The position numbers and the translations under genes are program-made. A stretch of 64,000 nt of DNA from Auanema rhodensis (lineage: Eukaryota; Animalia; Nematoda), in contig OZ059897.1 of assembly GCA_964057225.1 (NCBI GenBank), positions 11,098,001-11,162,000 on the forward strand, read 5' to 3'. Shown here piece by piece: positions 21,363 to 32,130 of this stretch. Positions within the stretch are counted from its first letter, which is position 1, and every line of letters begins with the position of its first letter. Below the pieces are notes generated by a model. The model saw only the letters and a program-made list of their open reading frames with translations, had not been told where the DNA came from and did not search any database.

Positions 21363-22075
21363 TTATTCAGCAGTTATACAATACCACATTTTTATTTTCG
21401 AAGGTTTAAAAGATAGTTTAGGGCAGTTTTGTTTGTCGCTCGGCTCGTGTTGTGAATGTTCTCCGTCACTATTGCTGCGGCATCTTTTTGATTGGGTTGA
21501 ATGTACAAACTCCTCAGTTCTTTTAGAGGGTTCGCTGGTATCATTTCCATCACCATCTTTACCATTCGTTCCATTACTATTATGAAGACGCCGTATATGA
21601 CGCTGACAATTGAATCTTGTTCCAAACAAAAGGTTCACTACAATAAGAGCACAGACGTCTACGAACACCATCCAAATGTCCACATTTTTGAATAAAGTCA
21701 GTATTGCTGATATAATTGTTACATACGGGTTGAATCCCTGCATGCCTTTTCAAAACGTGATCACTAAATGCTTGGTTGAAGAAAATATTTCCTTGCATGT
21801 ACCACAATATTTCTTACATAAAAGTTCCATTAGAGGAAAATGAAAAACGACCACACGCAATCAACCCACTTTTATATAATGATCAATTATATGACTAGTG
21901 TTGTACAAAAGCCCAATCCCAATGCTATACCTTTAATAAATGGCACTGAAATACATTTCAACATTCTCCTGTATAAAGGCGGTTTAGATTGCTCCAACGT
22001 GTATTTGACACATAATTCACAGTGACAAGGAATATTCATAACTGACCACGTAATGTAGCAGGTTATTAATGACAA
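21363..22075 (-). CDS. Cluster of small, partly hydrophobic Maverick ORFs (e.g. 21392-21625, 21363-21743, 21887-22075)
   Basis: Tightly packed between mCP and protease with shared poly(A)-signal-like spacers; the true frames are uncertain. Confidence 0.35.
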
Positions 22076-22148
22076 ATTTCTTATATAGTAGCCAATTTAT
22101 AGTCGAATACTTTATGCATAAACGCTTTAATAAAGACATCATCATTTT

Positions 22149-22533
22149 TCAATAGTTTAAAAAATGAACAAAAGCTTTCAATGAATTACCAGCCGACAAC
22201 ATTAGTATTACAAATACTACATACCCACCACAAGTGTGTTCAATTATACGTTGTGGTTTGCAAGTATTAATTTTTACCTTTTTATATTTGGCCAGATAAT
22301 TTCGAATGTACTTGTTCATTTTATATCCCAAGCTACAGAAAAAATAGGCTTGCTTGTTACGGACAAAGATGACCTGCCAATGTGTGCCTAACTTATCATG
22401 TGTGTCAGTATTTACGACAAGTGTAAAGTTTTTACGACGCGTTTTGGGTAGAGTATCAGCGCTATATACACCGAGGAATAGTTTCCGAGTGCTGGGGACA
22501 GATTGCAATAGTGATACTATTTCAGACGAATAC
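22149..22533 (-). CDS. Maverick/Polinton adenain-like cysteine protease
   Basis: FLGVYSAD.LP, VVNTD....GTHW, FFCSLG, Q....TCG.Y with catalytic H and C; likely start at MYSSEI; the usual D in FFDS is C here. Confidence 0.9.
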
Positions 22534-22586
22534 ATTTTAGTAGAATGATCAAGTGTAACTTTTGTATTGCGCGCGTGCGGTTCGAT

Positions 22587-23039
22587 ATGCCACACCTCCT
22601 TTTGGATGTCAACTCTATTCAATGGACAACACTTTTAAATCAACAAATGGGTGGCGCCCCATTTAGCGGAATGATGTTTCAACGTGGAATGCAGAGGGGT
22701 CATGGTTTGGGTGGTATTTTGGCAACTTTGGCATCATTTCTACCACGCATCATTCAATCACCTATAGCCCAAAATCTCATCAATGCCGGAAAAAACGCCT
22801 TATCCAGTGCTGTAAGCAATAGTCCAGTTGTAAATTCACCTCTTGGCGGACAGTTGCTGAAAACTGATAATGAAATTGTCAACGGGGTGCTGAAAGGCGA
22901 TAATATCAAGGAAACTCTTAAAACAGCCGGCCGGCAAGCTATACGAGATCTTACCGGCTTGGGCAAACGGCGACGACGCAAAACCACAAAACCTCATAAG
23001 CGGTTGTGCATCACTGGTGAGCGGTCGTTTCACATTTAA
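22587..23039 (+). CDS. Maverick virion core/membrane-active protein candidate (protease substrate)
   Basis: QMGG, QRGHGLGG and TGLG Gly cleavage-like motifs, amphipathic ILATLASFLPRII, basic KRRRRK tail; lies immediately upstream of MCP. Confidence 0.7.
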   Translation: MPHLLLDVNSIQWTTLLNQQMGGAPFSGMMFQRGMQRGHGLGGILATLASFLPRIIQSPIAQNLINAGKNALSSAVSNSPVVNSPLGGQLLKTDNEIVNGVLKGDNIKETLKTAGRQAIRDLTGLGKRRRRKTTKPHKRLCITGERSFHI

Positions 23040-23362
23040 ATGGCTAAAATGATAGATTCAAAATCAGCACAAGCCCTTTTACCTAATATTAACTATGGTG
23101 ATATACCAGCGTCGGCATTAGGTGTTGAATCCACTCGTACTGTACAAGAAAAATTTTTGAAAAATACTTTTCTTCCTCAAGGACATGGGAATTTGTTATA
23201 GCTCAAAATTCCAAATCATTCCTCAATCTGAGAAGATGTTGGTTGAATGTTAAATTTGAAATTGTAACCACAAACGGTGATCCAGTACCAGACAACCTTG
23301 TTTTTGCACCATGCCTACAATTTGCAGCCAGTTTGATACACTCGTATCATTTAAAAATTGGT
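23040..23362 (+). pseudogene. Maverick major capsid protein N-terminus (frameshifted, truncated by Tc3-like element)
   Basis: MAKMIDSKSAQALLPNINYGDIPASALGV... /WEFVI...FLNLRRCWLNVKFEI...FAASLI..YHLKIG resembles Polinton MCP; ATG follows the previous stop directly. Confidence 0.75.
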
Positions 23363-24889
23363 GTAACATTTTTTCAATTATTTTTTTTTCTGAACATTTA
23401 TTTTTATGAATTGTTTCTTTGTTTATGGTTTCAAAGTTTATTTAAAAAAAAAGTATTTATTTTAAAAAAAGGCTAAAAAGAAATGAGTATAATTGAGAAA
23501 ATTGAGAAAAAATATTTTTGTGATTTTAGAGTAGATAACATGATGAATTTAAAACAAAATTTTTTTATGTTCAAAAGGAAGTGAGTCCTTCAAGTTTCAG
23601 ACAAACTTCGGACATACGTCTTGGCATGCTGTCTATTAAATTAGAACAAGTTTCTTACGAGACATTTTCTCATGCTTCGAGTATAGCCGCTCTGAGGGTT
23701 CTTGTATTTTCATACTGTTTTCCCCAGAATAAATTCGTTTTACTAAGATTCCCTAAAAGTTTTCAATAGGGTTGAGGTCAGGAGAATTGGCTGGCCATGA
23801 TAAAACATTGATATTGTTTTGAGCAAACCAATTTTTTGTTGACCTGGATACATGAATAGGAGCATTATCCTGTTGAAAAGTGTAATTTTCTTCAGGATTA
23901 GAGGAGAGAAACGGGATCAAACTCAGTTGTAGGATTGCTTGATATTCTTCTGAGTTCATCTTGGTTGTTGTGAACTGTAGATGCAGCTTCCCCATTTTAC
24001 AAAACGCGGCTCAAATCATAACAGAGCCTCCTCCTGCAACACGTTTTTAAAAGTAGCGGGGTTCTTTGCATAGATCCCTCCAGTAAGCATGTGTACCGTT
24101 TGGTCCGTCTAAGTTGAACTTTTTCTCATCAGAGAATATAATCTATAACAAAAAAAAAGAGCTCAATTTATTTTTCATGCGTCTTACTTTGGACCGATCA
24201 CGGTCAAGGTTTAAATCAGCAAAAGTTAGCCTCTTAATTTTGTATGCTGGTGTCAGGAACGGCGCTTTTAACATTTTAGAACGTCTGATATTCTCAGGTT
24301 CCTCTAACACTTTCCGGATGGTCCATCATGAAACGTTGAGATTCAGAAGTCGTACAATTTCTGTACAGCTTCGCTCACTATTAGACGCAAGTCGTATTAT
24401 ACTGCGTCTGTTACGTTCAGTGAGGATTAGTTTTCTACCAGATTTGCTTTTCCTACTCTCAGTTGTACCACGTAACAGATATCTAGTTATCGTGGATCGA
24501 GCTCTTCCGAGTTCTTGAGCGATTTGTTCATGACTCATACCAAATCGGCGAAAAGAGTCAATTTGGGTTTTTTCCACAACTGATAAATCTACCTTAGGGG
24601 GCATTCTGTAGTCAAAACATGAGGCTTTCAAAAAATTAAAAAGAATAATCTAACCTTGATTCACAGCAAAAGTTATGAAGTTATGTTTTAGAAACAATAA
24701 TCAAGGATTTTTTCGAAAAAGCATTATTTAGCCAAAAAAATTTTACAAGCATGTTTTACAATTGGTTTTTATTATTATTATGTGTATATTCTATGATACT
24801 ATTTATGGATATTTTATGAAAAAATTTGTTAAAAAAATAACAAAATTATTATGAAATTTTTCAATGTTACATTATTTTGCACCAGGCAG
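23363..24889 (-). mobile_element. Tc3-like (DD34E) element
   Basis: TIR CTGGTGCAAAATAATGTAACATT near 24863-24885; left TIR truncated (intact in the copy at 37983). Confidence 0.85.
23571..24604 (-). pseudogene. Tc3-like transposase with stops, frameshifts and one short intron
   Basis: HTH N-terminus, [35 protein letters not shown]; GTAAG...TAG intron at ~24145-24188. Confidence 0.88.
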
Positions 24890-25757
24890 TCCTTTTCCGG
24901 AAGATGTAAATGCATTTGGATACCCAATAAGAACTCGCAACACCAACTTTCCGTCTTGTTAAAACGAAAATTATTTTTGATTTGTTTGTTTACTACCTCT
25001 GCTTCCAATAAAAGGCTGCTGCGTATATTCAGTATCATTTTTATGATATCTCTTCAAATATCGATCAAAAATTTTTTGAAAGTTGGTATTAGCAGTACGA
25101 CCACTGTTAGATTTGACATGAGATTCAAGAGAGCGTGACAGACTCAATATCTAAAAGTTCTTTTTTGAAGTTTTATTGGTTTTACGGGTAAAAGTTTTAT
25201 TCTCATCAGTTACATAAAGAATCTGAAAATGAAAACTGTGCTTCCTAGAAAACTTCCGATCACCTCTCTTTGAAAACTTTCATTCTTAGGATGAGTATTT
25301 GTTTTCACCCTCAAGTAATGGACGCCAAAATCATCTAACTGTACTCCATGTTTCGAGAAAGAGACACCTCTCTTTAATGTCACCAACACAAATTACATCT
25401 TCCTTGGAAATAACAAAAAAACAAGATCCTGCCTCAAACACTTCTTGAGTTGGGATAACAGTTATAGGTTCTTGATGAAACAAACTATTGAAAGTTTCAA
25501 TAAATCTAGTCATCTAAACCTTAAATGTAAGACCATTTCACTGTAAAAATTTACAGAATTTAAAAGAAAATATGGATTTACCTAAAATTTCCCATTTGTA
25601 AACAACTTGTACATTCAAAATGTCAATGTAGTACATATACAGAATTTTGAGATATACGTAAAGCCGATAGATATATGAAAGAAATGTATGAAATTGTAAT
25701 TGTAATAAAGGTACGTGTAGAATCTCCGGGCCAATGTTAAACACTAAACAAAGTTAG
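24890..25757 (-). pseudogene. Degenerate coding fragments, possibly the N-terminal region of another MULE transposase
   Basis: P...G..FF......D......W pattern loosely like the N-terminus of the MULE at ~9000; weak similarity by eye only. Confidence 0.25.
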
Positions 25758-27671
25758 TGTCACATCTGCAAACACATAGTAAACATGTGCGCGCTATTCA
25801 AATAGCGGAAGCCAACAAGCCCCTCCTACAACACTCTTGGCACTCTTGGTTCTGGCCTGACCCAGATAGGTTGTCTTATTGCCATGTGAGTCTCATCTCA
25901 ATATATTCTCTATTTTAATACTTTATTGAATTAGAGTTTTCATGTTTGTCGCGATAAGCGAGTAAGTTTTTGTTTCTTTCTCTCTCTTTCTTTCTCTCTT
26001 TCTCTCTCTCTCTCAGGCCAAGATCCGCCCTCAAATACAAGCACTCTTACATCTTCAACGATCGCAGCCAGTGATTTTGGTGCATCGGCTAGTTCAGATC
26101 TTAGCCGCTTTAAGTTCCGCGTGGCAGGTAAGATACAACTCAAACCAAGTGTGTTTGAGCAAAAAACATACTTGACGAAAATCGTGGCAATTATTAGACC
26201 ACGTGCAGTCACACCCAAAAAACTTGAACAATAACTATTTCTAAATCAGATACCCCGGCGGGTTCGTTGTCGAGAAGATTTGCGTAACGTTTGAGCAAAA
26301 CTGATAAGAAGTCGTATGAACGACGAATGTGGCCAACAAATGAGGAGGCCATTTCTAACGCTGTGTGAGGCGTAATAGGTAAGCTTATATAGCTGATAAT
26401 GATGAATTAAAATTCAGAAAATGAGAGAGAACAAAAAATGAAAATTGTACGAAGTACAACAAATGAGTATGAGATATACGACTTGTCGTATCTTGGAGCG
26501 TTATTATGCTTTGAAATTATATCGAGTACTGCAGGCAAGTTCACGCTTGAGCTTATGGACTTGAGAGTCGCCACCAAATTGAATGATAAACTACCTGTTG
26601 AAGCAGTGACCTGGGCCGTAATGGTAGATGCGCCAATGTCGCTTCGGCGAAGATATTCCGTGTGGTAGATTTCCGCTGAGAATCGAATAACAAGTAATCA
26701 GTGGTAGATTGCTTTATTAAAACAGAAAGTTAACAATATCAAGACAATATAGATCGTCTATACTCCGTGAAGTCGGTTGAGGTATCTTGTATTTTCGATT
26801 CTAAAGATGAAGATATATGACGGTGGGCCGAAAAGTACAATCTGAAATAGACAAAGTAAAAGGAAAACGATAAAAACAAAACTGAAATAGAAGGAAACAT
26901 AAAAAAAAGATAAAAAATAATCGCTAACCGCGACACTGCCGCCGCAGCTAAGCCATTGGCCTTTTGCGACGTTGTCCGTCGCATAATGACCCATGATGCT
27001 TATCAGAGTTGCATTCGTAGCAATTAGTGCTAGAGGGATGCTCGTGTAGAGCCGATAAACATCGTAAACATAACTTTGATTGATGAGCGCGGATTCCACG
27101 CTCCATAACAGATGAATAGATGGGACAATTGCCTGTGCGGTGACCATCAGTAGTCACCTGATCGCAAAATAGGCAAGTTTTCGTTGGTTGCGTTTGTAAT
27201 CGAATCAAATTCTGATTTTCATTCAGAATTTTCATAGCTTCAGAAATGATTCTGAAGTGATTGTCCAAATACTGACTCATGTATTGGAACTTTCGATTTA
27301 AACGATTTTCAACGAGAACAAGAGTTCGAATAGAGGTAGGAAGGTTAGAATAGGAAGGATCTTTCAATTCTTCCTCAAAAGATGGTTCATTATGAACTGT
27401 AATAGAATGTTCAATGTTAAAATCTTCTATCAAAACAAAGATTTCTAAGAATAAAGAAAAACTTGGTTGTTGTATCTTTTATGATTTTTATAGTACGGAA
27501 AGCTGTGATCAAGAAAAAATATGGGGATGTCACATCTGCAAGCACAGCAACGAATTCTGATTTGAATGAATTTCATTTGGTTTATTAGTAGATGAATTAA
27601 AATATAATTTTCCCGTTACAATTATATCAATTTTTCATGGTTACATTTCGTATGACAAACTTCATTTATAA
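25758..27671 (+). mobile_element. Short non-autonomous BEL-type LTR element (LTR, tRNA-Gly PBS, internal region, PPT, LTR start)
   Basis: TGTCACATCTGCA start at 25758; TGGTGCATCGGC at 26078-26089 (tRNA-Gly 3' complement, 12 nt); purine tract AAGAAAAAATATGGGGA then TGTCACATCTGCA at 27528. The two LTRs match only at their 5' ~18 bp. Confidence 0.55.
26948..27433 (-). CDS. Coiled-coil plus triple zinc-knuckle protein (BEL Gag nucleocapsid-like), antisense to the element
   Basis: CLFC...H...C, CLRC...H....C, C..HH.SLC is the BEL Gag three-finger pattern; start codon uncertain. Confidence 0.7.
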   Translation of the reverse strand: MIEDFNIEHSITVHNEPSFEEELKDPSYSNLPTSIRTLVLVENRLNRKFQYMSQYLDNHFRIISEAMKILNENQNLIRLQTQPTKTCLFCDQVTTDGHRTGNCPIYSSVMERGIRAHQSKLCLRCLSALHEHPSSTNCYECNSDKHHGSLCDGQRRKRPMA

Positions 27672-27676
27672 TTGAA

Positions 27677-30600
27677 TTATCTTTCATTGAAGGGTGAACA
27701 TTTTATCATAAATACATCTTTTGAGCACTCAATAAGTATCCATGTTTCCTTAGATGATATGCAAGAAAACAATGCAGATGCACCTTGCCCACAGGAATAA
27801 CATCCGGAGAGACTGATCAATAAGTGACGACATAGTATATCATATGAAAATGTATTACTGTCATATAAAACTTTAGAATCAATTGAAACTGTAGTTTCAT
27901 CAGACTGGGTTCGAAAAGTTAAGGATGTATCGGGTATATAGATTGTTTCCGTATTTCCCATAAAAGGAGGTGAAATATGAGAAAAATGTGTGAAATTATG
28001 TTGTGGACATATACAGCCAACAACATCATTGTTGATTTTGTTACAATTGCAATCGATAACTGTTGTACATTGTGAAAATTTTACAAAAACATTTGTTTTC
28101 GATGTACATTAAACCATGAATGGAAAATGTGGTTCAACTGCAAAAATTTGACTGTTTGAAGCCACGAAATAATAATTATGAAGTGGAGTAGGAGGTTTGT
28201 CTTGTGTATCTATTGTCATATTGAAAAAAGAGTAATTCATTTTCAAATATGGTGGTACTGTGATATTATAAATATTTTTATCTTTAACAATATGTGTTGT
28301 AATTTCAAAAGTTGACGAGGTTGTCCAATCTTCACATTTAAATACTTCGAATATGTCATCCGAAGTTGGTACGTGTTCTAACTTATAGAAAAGACAAGGA
28401 TTTTCCCAAAATGTTAAACAACGCCATATATGTGCGGAAGACCGAACACATTTAAATTGTGTTGGGTAATTATATGGCTCAAATTCAGAAATCCGAGATT
28501 TATGATTCATACCTTTACAAGTTTGATCACAAGATCCCATGTGAGCACATCGGAAATCAACGGTTAGTTTAGGCAAAGTAGCCTTTGTAAAAAATTTTGT
28601 GGTTTTCTTACATTCAAAACTTACGTATTTAATTTTCGAATTTTAAAATAACCAATAGAATGATTTTTAAATTTTATATCCAGGCATAAATCTTTAACTT
28701 CAGGAGAAAAAACTATATAATCGCTATATTGATGATAATATTGAGTACCATTCAGACAATGTGTAGAAACGAAATGAATAACGTGATAATCGGTACAAGC
28801 ATGAAAAATATTGTAAATATACTGATAATTGATAATCGAGAACCTCTTTTCCAAAATGGAGGATATAATTTAGGTTCTATATGTGGAATATTCTCAGATG
28901 AAGTTGGAGGAGGTTCAATAACTCCTAATTCAATATCATTCTGTTCCGGAGTATGAGGTCTAAGTGTGAAAAAAGAAGATATGTAACGAATAGTGTTAGA
29001 CCAGGAGTTATATCGATATTGGTGGAATCCTATGCGTATACAACAACAAAGGATGCAAAATAAACAACAAAGTGGTAAGAACAATGACCACATGGCAAGA
29101 TGAGGAGCACAATGTGGGTTTCCAAGCAAATGTATGGATAAAAACTTTGCCTCATCACATACTACAAGATTTGCAGATGCTACGGGTAAAAATATCGATA
29201 TTATTGTAAAAATTAAAATTGCAGACGTCATTGCTGATTTGAAATTTTTTAGCGAAGCGTATGTGGTATGGTCTCGTAAAGGTAAAGCTCTAATAAATTT
29301 TTCATTTCTTTCAGTAGACGGTTTTACTTTTCTACGATCAATAGGAGGGCAGGTGAGTTTGATCTTATAATATATTCCTGTATTGGTTGAGTATTAAGGT
29401 TCATCATATCCTAAGCGGATCCTACCCTCAAAGACAATGATGTGTCTTCGGAAGGAGTAGATCGAGGAATTGATATCATATCAGGTAAAACACTTCGTAA
29501 TTCAAGTGGATATAGATGATTTAAAGAACGTGATATGATGTTCCCAGCTGGAGTGAGAACTTTAGCTGTACGAATGAATCCATCAGAACTACTTATAAGT
29601 TCTGTGATTCGACCAAATTTCCATTGACCACGAGGTAAGTTATCGTTATGTATAACTACAATTTCACCAATATTAGGTTTATTGGCATTTGCTGAAGGTT
29701 GTTTTCAGGAATGTTTGTATATATCACAAATATATATCAAATATTCTGTTTGAAATTTATCCCGAAACATCGTAGCTGCATCAGAAGTAAGTTGTAAAGT
29801 TTCTAATGCTTGTTCAATATTTTGTATTACAGGAATATCAATAGAATTATTATAAACTCGGGAACCACAATCATCCGGTAGAGAAAGAACAAGACCAGGC
29901 AAAATGAAATCGGCAGGACGAATAGGTACGTGATTTATATTCTTTGGATCCGGATGTGTTGAAGGCCTAGTGTTAATGATTGCTTCAATTTTGACAATTA
30001 AAATTAATAATTCATCAAATGTTAATTTATTTCTTTGTATTGCTTTTTTCATTGCATTTTTAGTAATTCCCACCATTCTTTCCCAAGAACCTCCATTCCA
30101 TGGAAACTTGGGTGTGTTAAAGAGCCAATTTATGTTATTTTTGGCTAGATGGACTACAATATCAGCTGGGGTGAAATTAAATTCAGCTGATTTTTGTATT
30201 GTCTCAATTAATTGAGCTCCGAGTATAAAATTACCCCCACAATCACTTCGCATTGTGGTTGGTAAACCTCGTCGGGCTATGAAACAAGTGAAAGCGTTCA
30301 TAAATGAAGTCGCTGTTTGGTTATAGACCATTTCAAGATGAATGGCACGTATGGTTAAGGAAGTAAAAAGACATACATAGACCTTATGTCCACTTTTAAG
30401 CATAATAGGTCTAAGTCGCAACTAGTGTTAAGAAATGGTTTAGTTGATATCACTCTATCTTTGGGCAATGAAGACATATCAGGAGTACCATATGGTAGGG
30501 ATTGATATGTATTGCATAAATGACATGGTCTGACGAAGATAAGTTATCAAAAAGTCTTTTCCTTGATGAAAAGATGCTCGATGGGCGTCCATAATTATGT

Positions 30601-31564
30601 GTTGAGTGAATAATGAGTTGCGAGGAAGAAAAATGGGGTTTTTGTATCATAGGATAGTAAAGAATTTTGTAATCGGCTTCTTACTCGAATTATCTCGTTA
30701 TCATCATGGTAGAAATGATAACCAGGATATTATCGTCGTAAATCATCAATAATGAGATGATCTTGAGCTTGTCAAATTAAAATAGTACGTATTATCTTCA
30801 AATCAGTTGTTAAAACGGGGTATGATGTTGATATTTTTGAAATATTCCGTAAATTATGTTCATTTCAATTTTTAAATGTTTTTGTATGCCATATTTTTAT
30901 AATTTTAGCCAAACGGGCTAGCAAACGTAAAGTTGCAAAATGACCGTTATGATAAGCTAGGTTATGTTCCAAAGGTACAGATATAGCTTGAGCTATAAGT
31001 AATGATACAGGTGTAACATGCATCACTTGCAAGGAACCATATGGTGTTAAAGCTTGAACGGTTCTGTTAAGAATCCACTGTGGTCCAAGAAGTCACATAG
31101 ATTCCTGAAGTTGATATTTATTGGCTCCTCGTAAACCAATGTCAGCCGGATTATAATCCGTAGTAACATGGTAAAATTGAACATTAATCGAATGTTCTTC
31201 TAATACACGGGTCATATGTTGTACATTTTGAACTTGTTTTGCTATGAAGTCAGGTAATTGCTTATTTGTTAAAATCCATGATAACGCAATGCTGCTATCA
31301 CTTACAATATTCAGTTTTTTACATGGTAATTCCATTAATATTGTGTGAGAAAGTTTCATAGCTAATCGAATAGCTAAGAGTTCCATGCGTGGAATTGTAA
31401 TTGGTGTTTTAGGAGATAAGCGGCTTCTACCTGCTAGAACAGAACTCATTTTTTGTTTGTCTGTATGTAAGCACACACAGCTAACGCTGTTGAACTAGCG
31501 TCAGCAAAGACCCATAGTGTACCTTTTTCAATAGATGGTGATAGTACACGAGGTACAGTAACCT
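27677..31564 (-). pseudogene. BEL/Pao family 2 pol (RNase H, integrase) and env
   Basis: VFADAS, TIPRMELLAI, SDS.IAL.W, NPAD, AIHLE, FIARRG.P, GGSWERMVG; signal/TM segments; FRCAHMGSCDQTC, CLFYK, LSGCYSCGQGA. Confidence 0.92.
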
Positions 31565-32130
31565 GATAAGATAGATGAAGCTCAACAAAAATATTCACTT
31601 ACACAGCAGTTATTCCAAAATATTTAAATTCATGTTTGTGAATTTGCACCAAATAAATCAGAAGCTCTTCAGCAACTCAATAAAAAAGATATTAGCTCTG
31701 ATTGCCCACTAAAAATTATTGGAGTACCTTATAATGCTCCAACTGATTCACTTTCAATTCAATTTAATATACCGGAACTCTCTACAGTAAGCAAACGAAA
31801 CGCATTACAACAATTACATTCGGTTTATAATCCGTTGGGTATAACAAGTCCACTAATTGAACCCTTAAAGATTATTCTTCGAGAGATCTTTGCGCTTAAA
31901 ATAGAATGGGATGATACTATATCTTCAGAATTATCAGCCTCTTGGACATCAATAATTAATGAAATTAATTATGCTAAGGTTACTGTACCTCGTGTACTAT
32001 CACCATCTATTGAAAAAGGTACACTATGGGTCTTTGCTGACGCTAGTTCAACAGCGTTAGCTGTGTGTGCTTACATACAGACAAACAAAAAATGAGTTCT
32101 GTTCTAGCAGGTAGAAGCCGCTTATCTCCT
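31565..32130 (+). pseudogene. Inverted piece of the same BEL pol (RT C-terminus to RNase H start)
   Basis: KIIGVPY, SKRNALQ..SVYNPLG, WDD, VFADAS; 31977-32130 is an exact inverted copy of 31411-31564. Confidence 0.9.
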
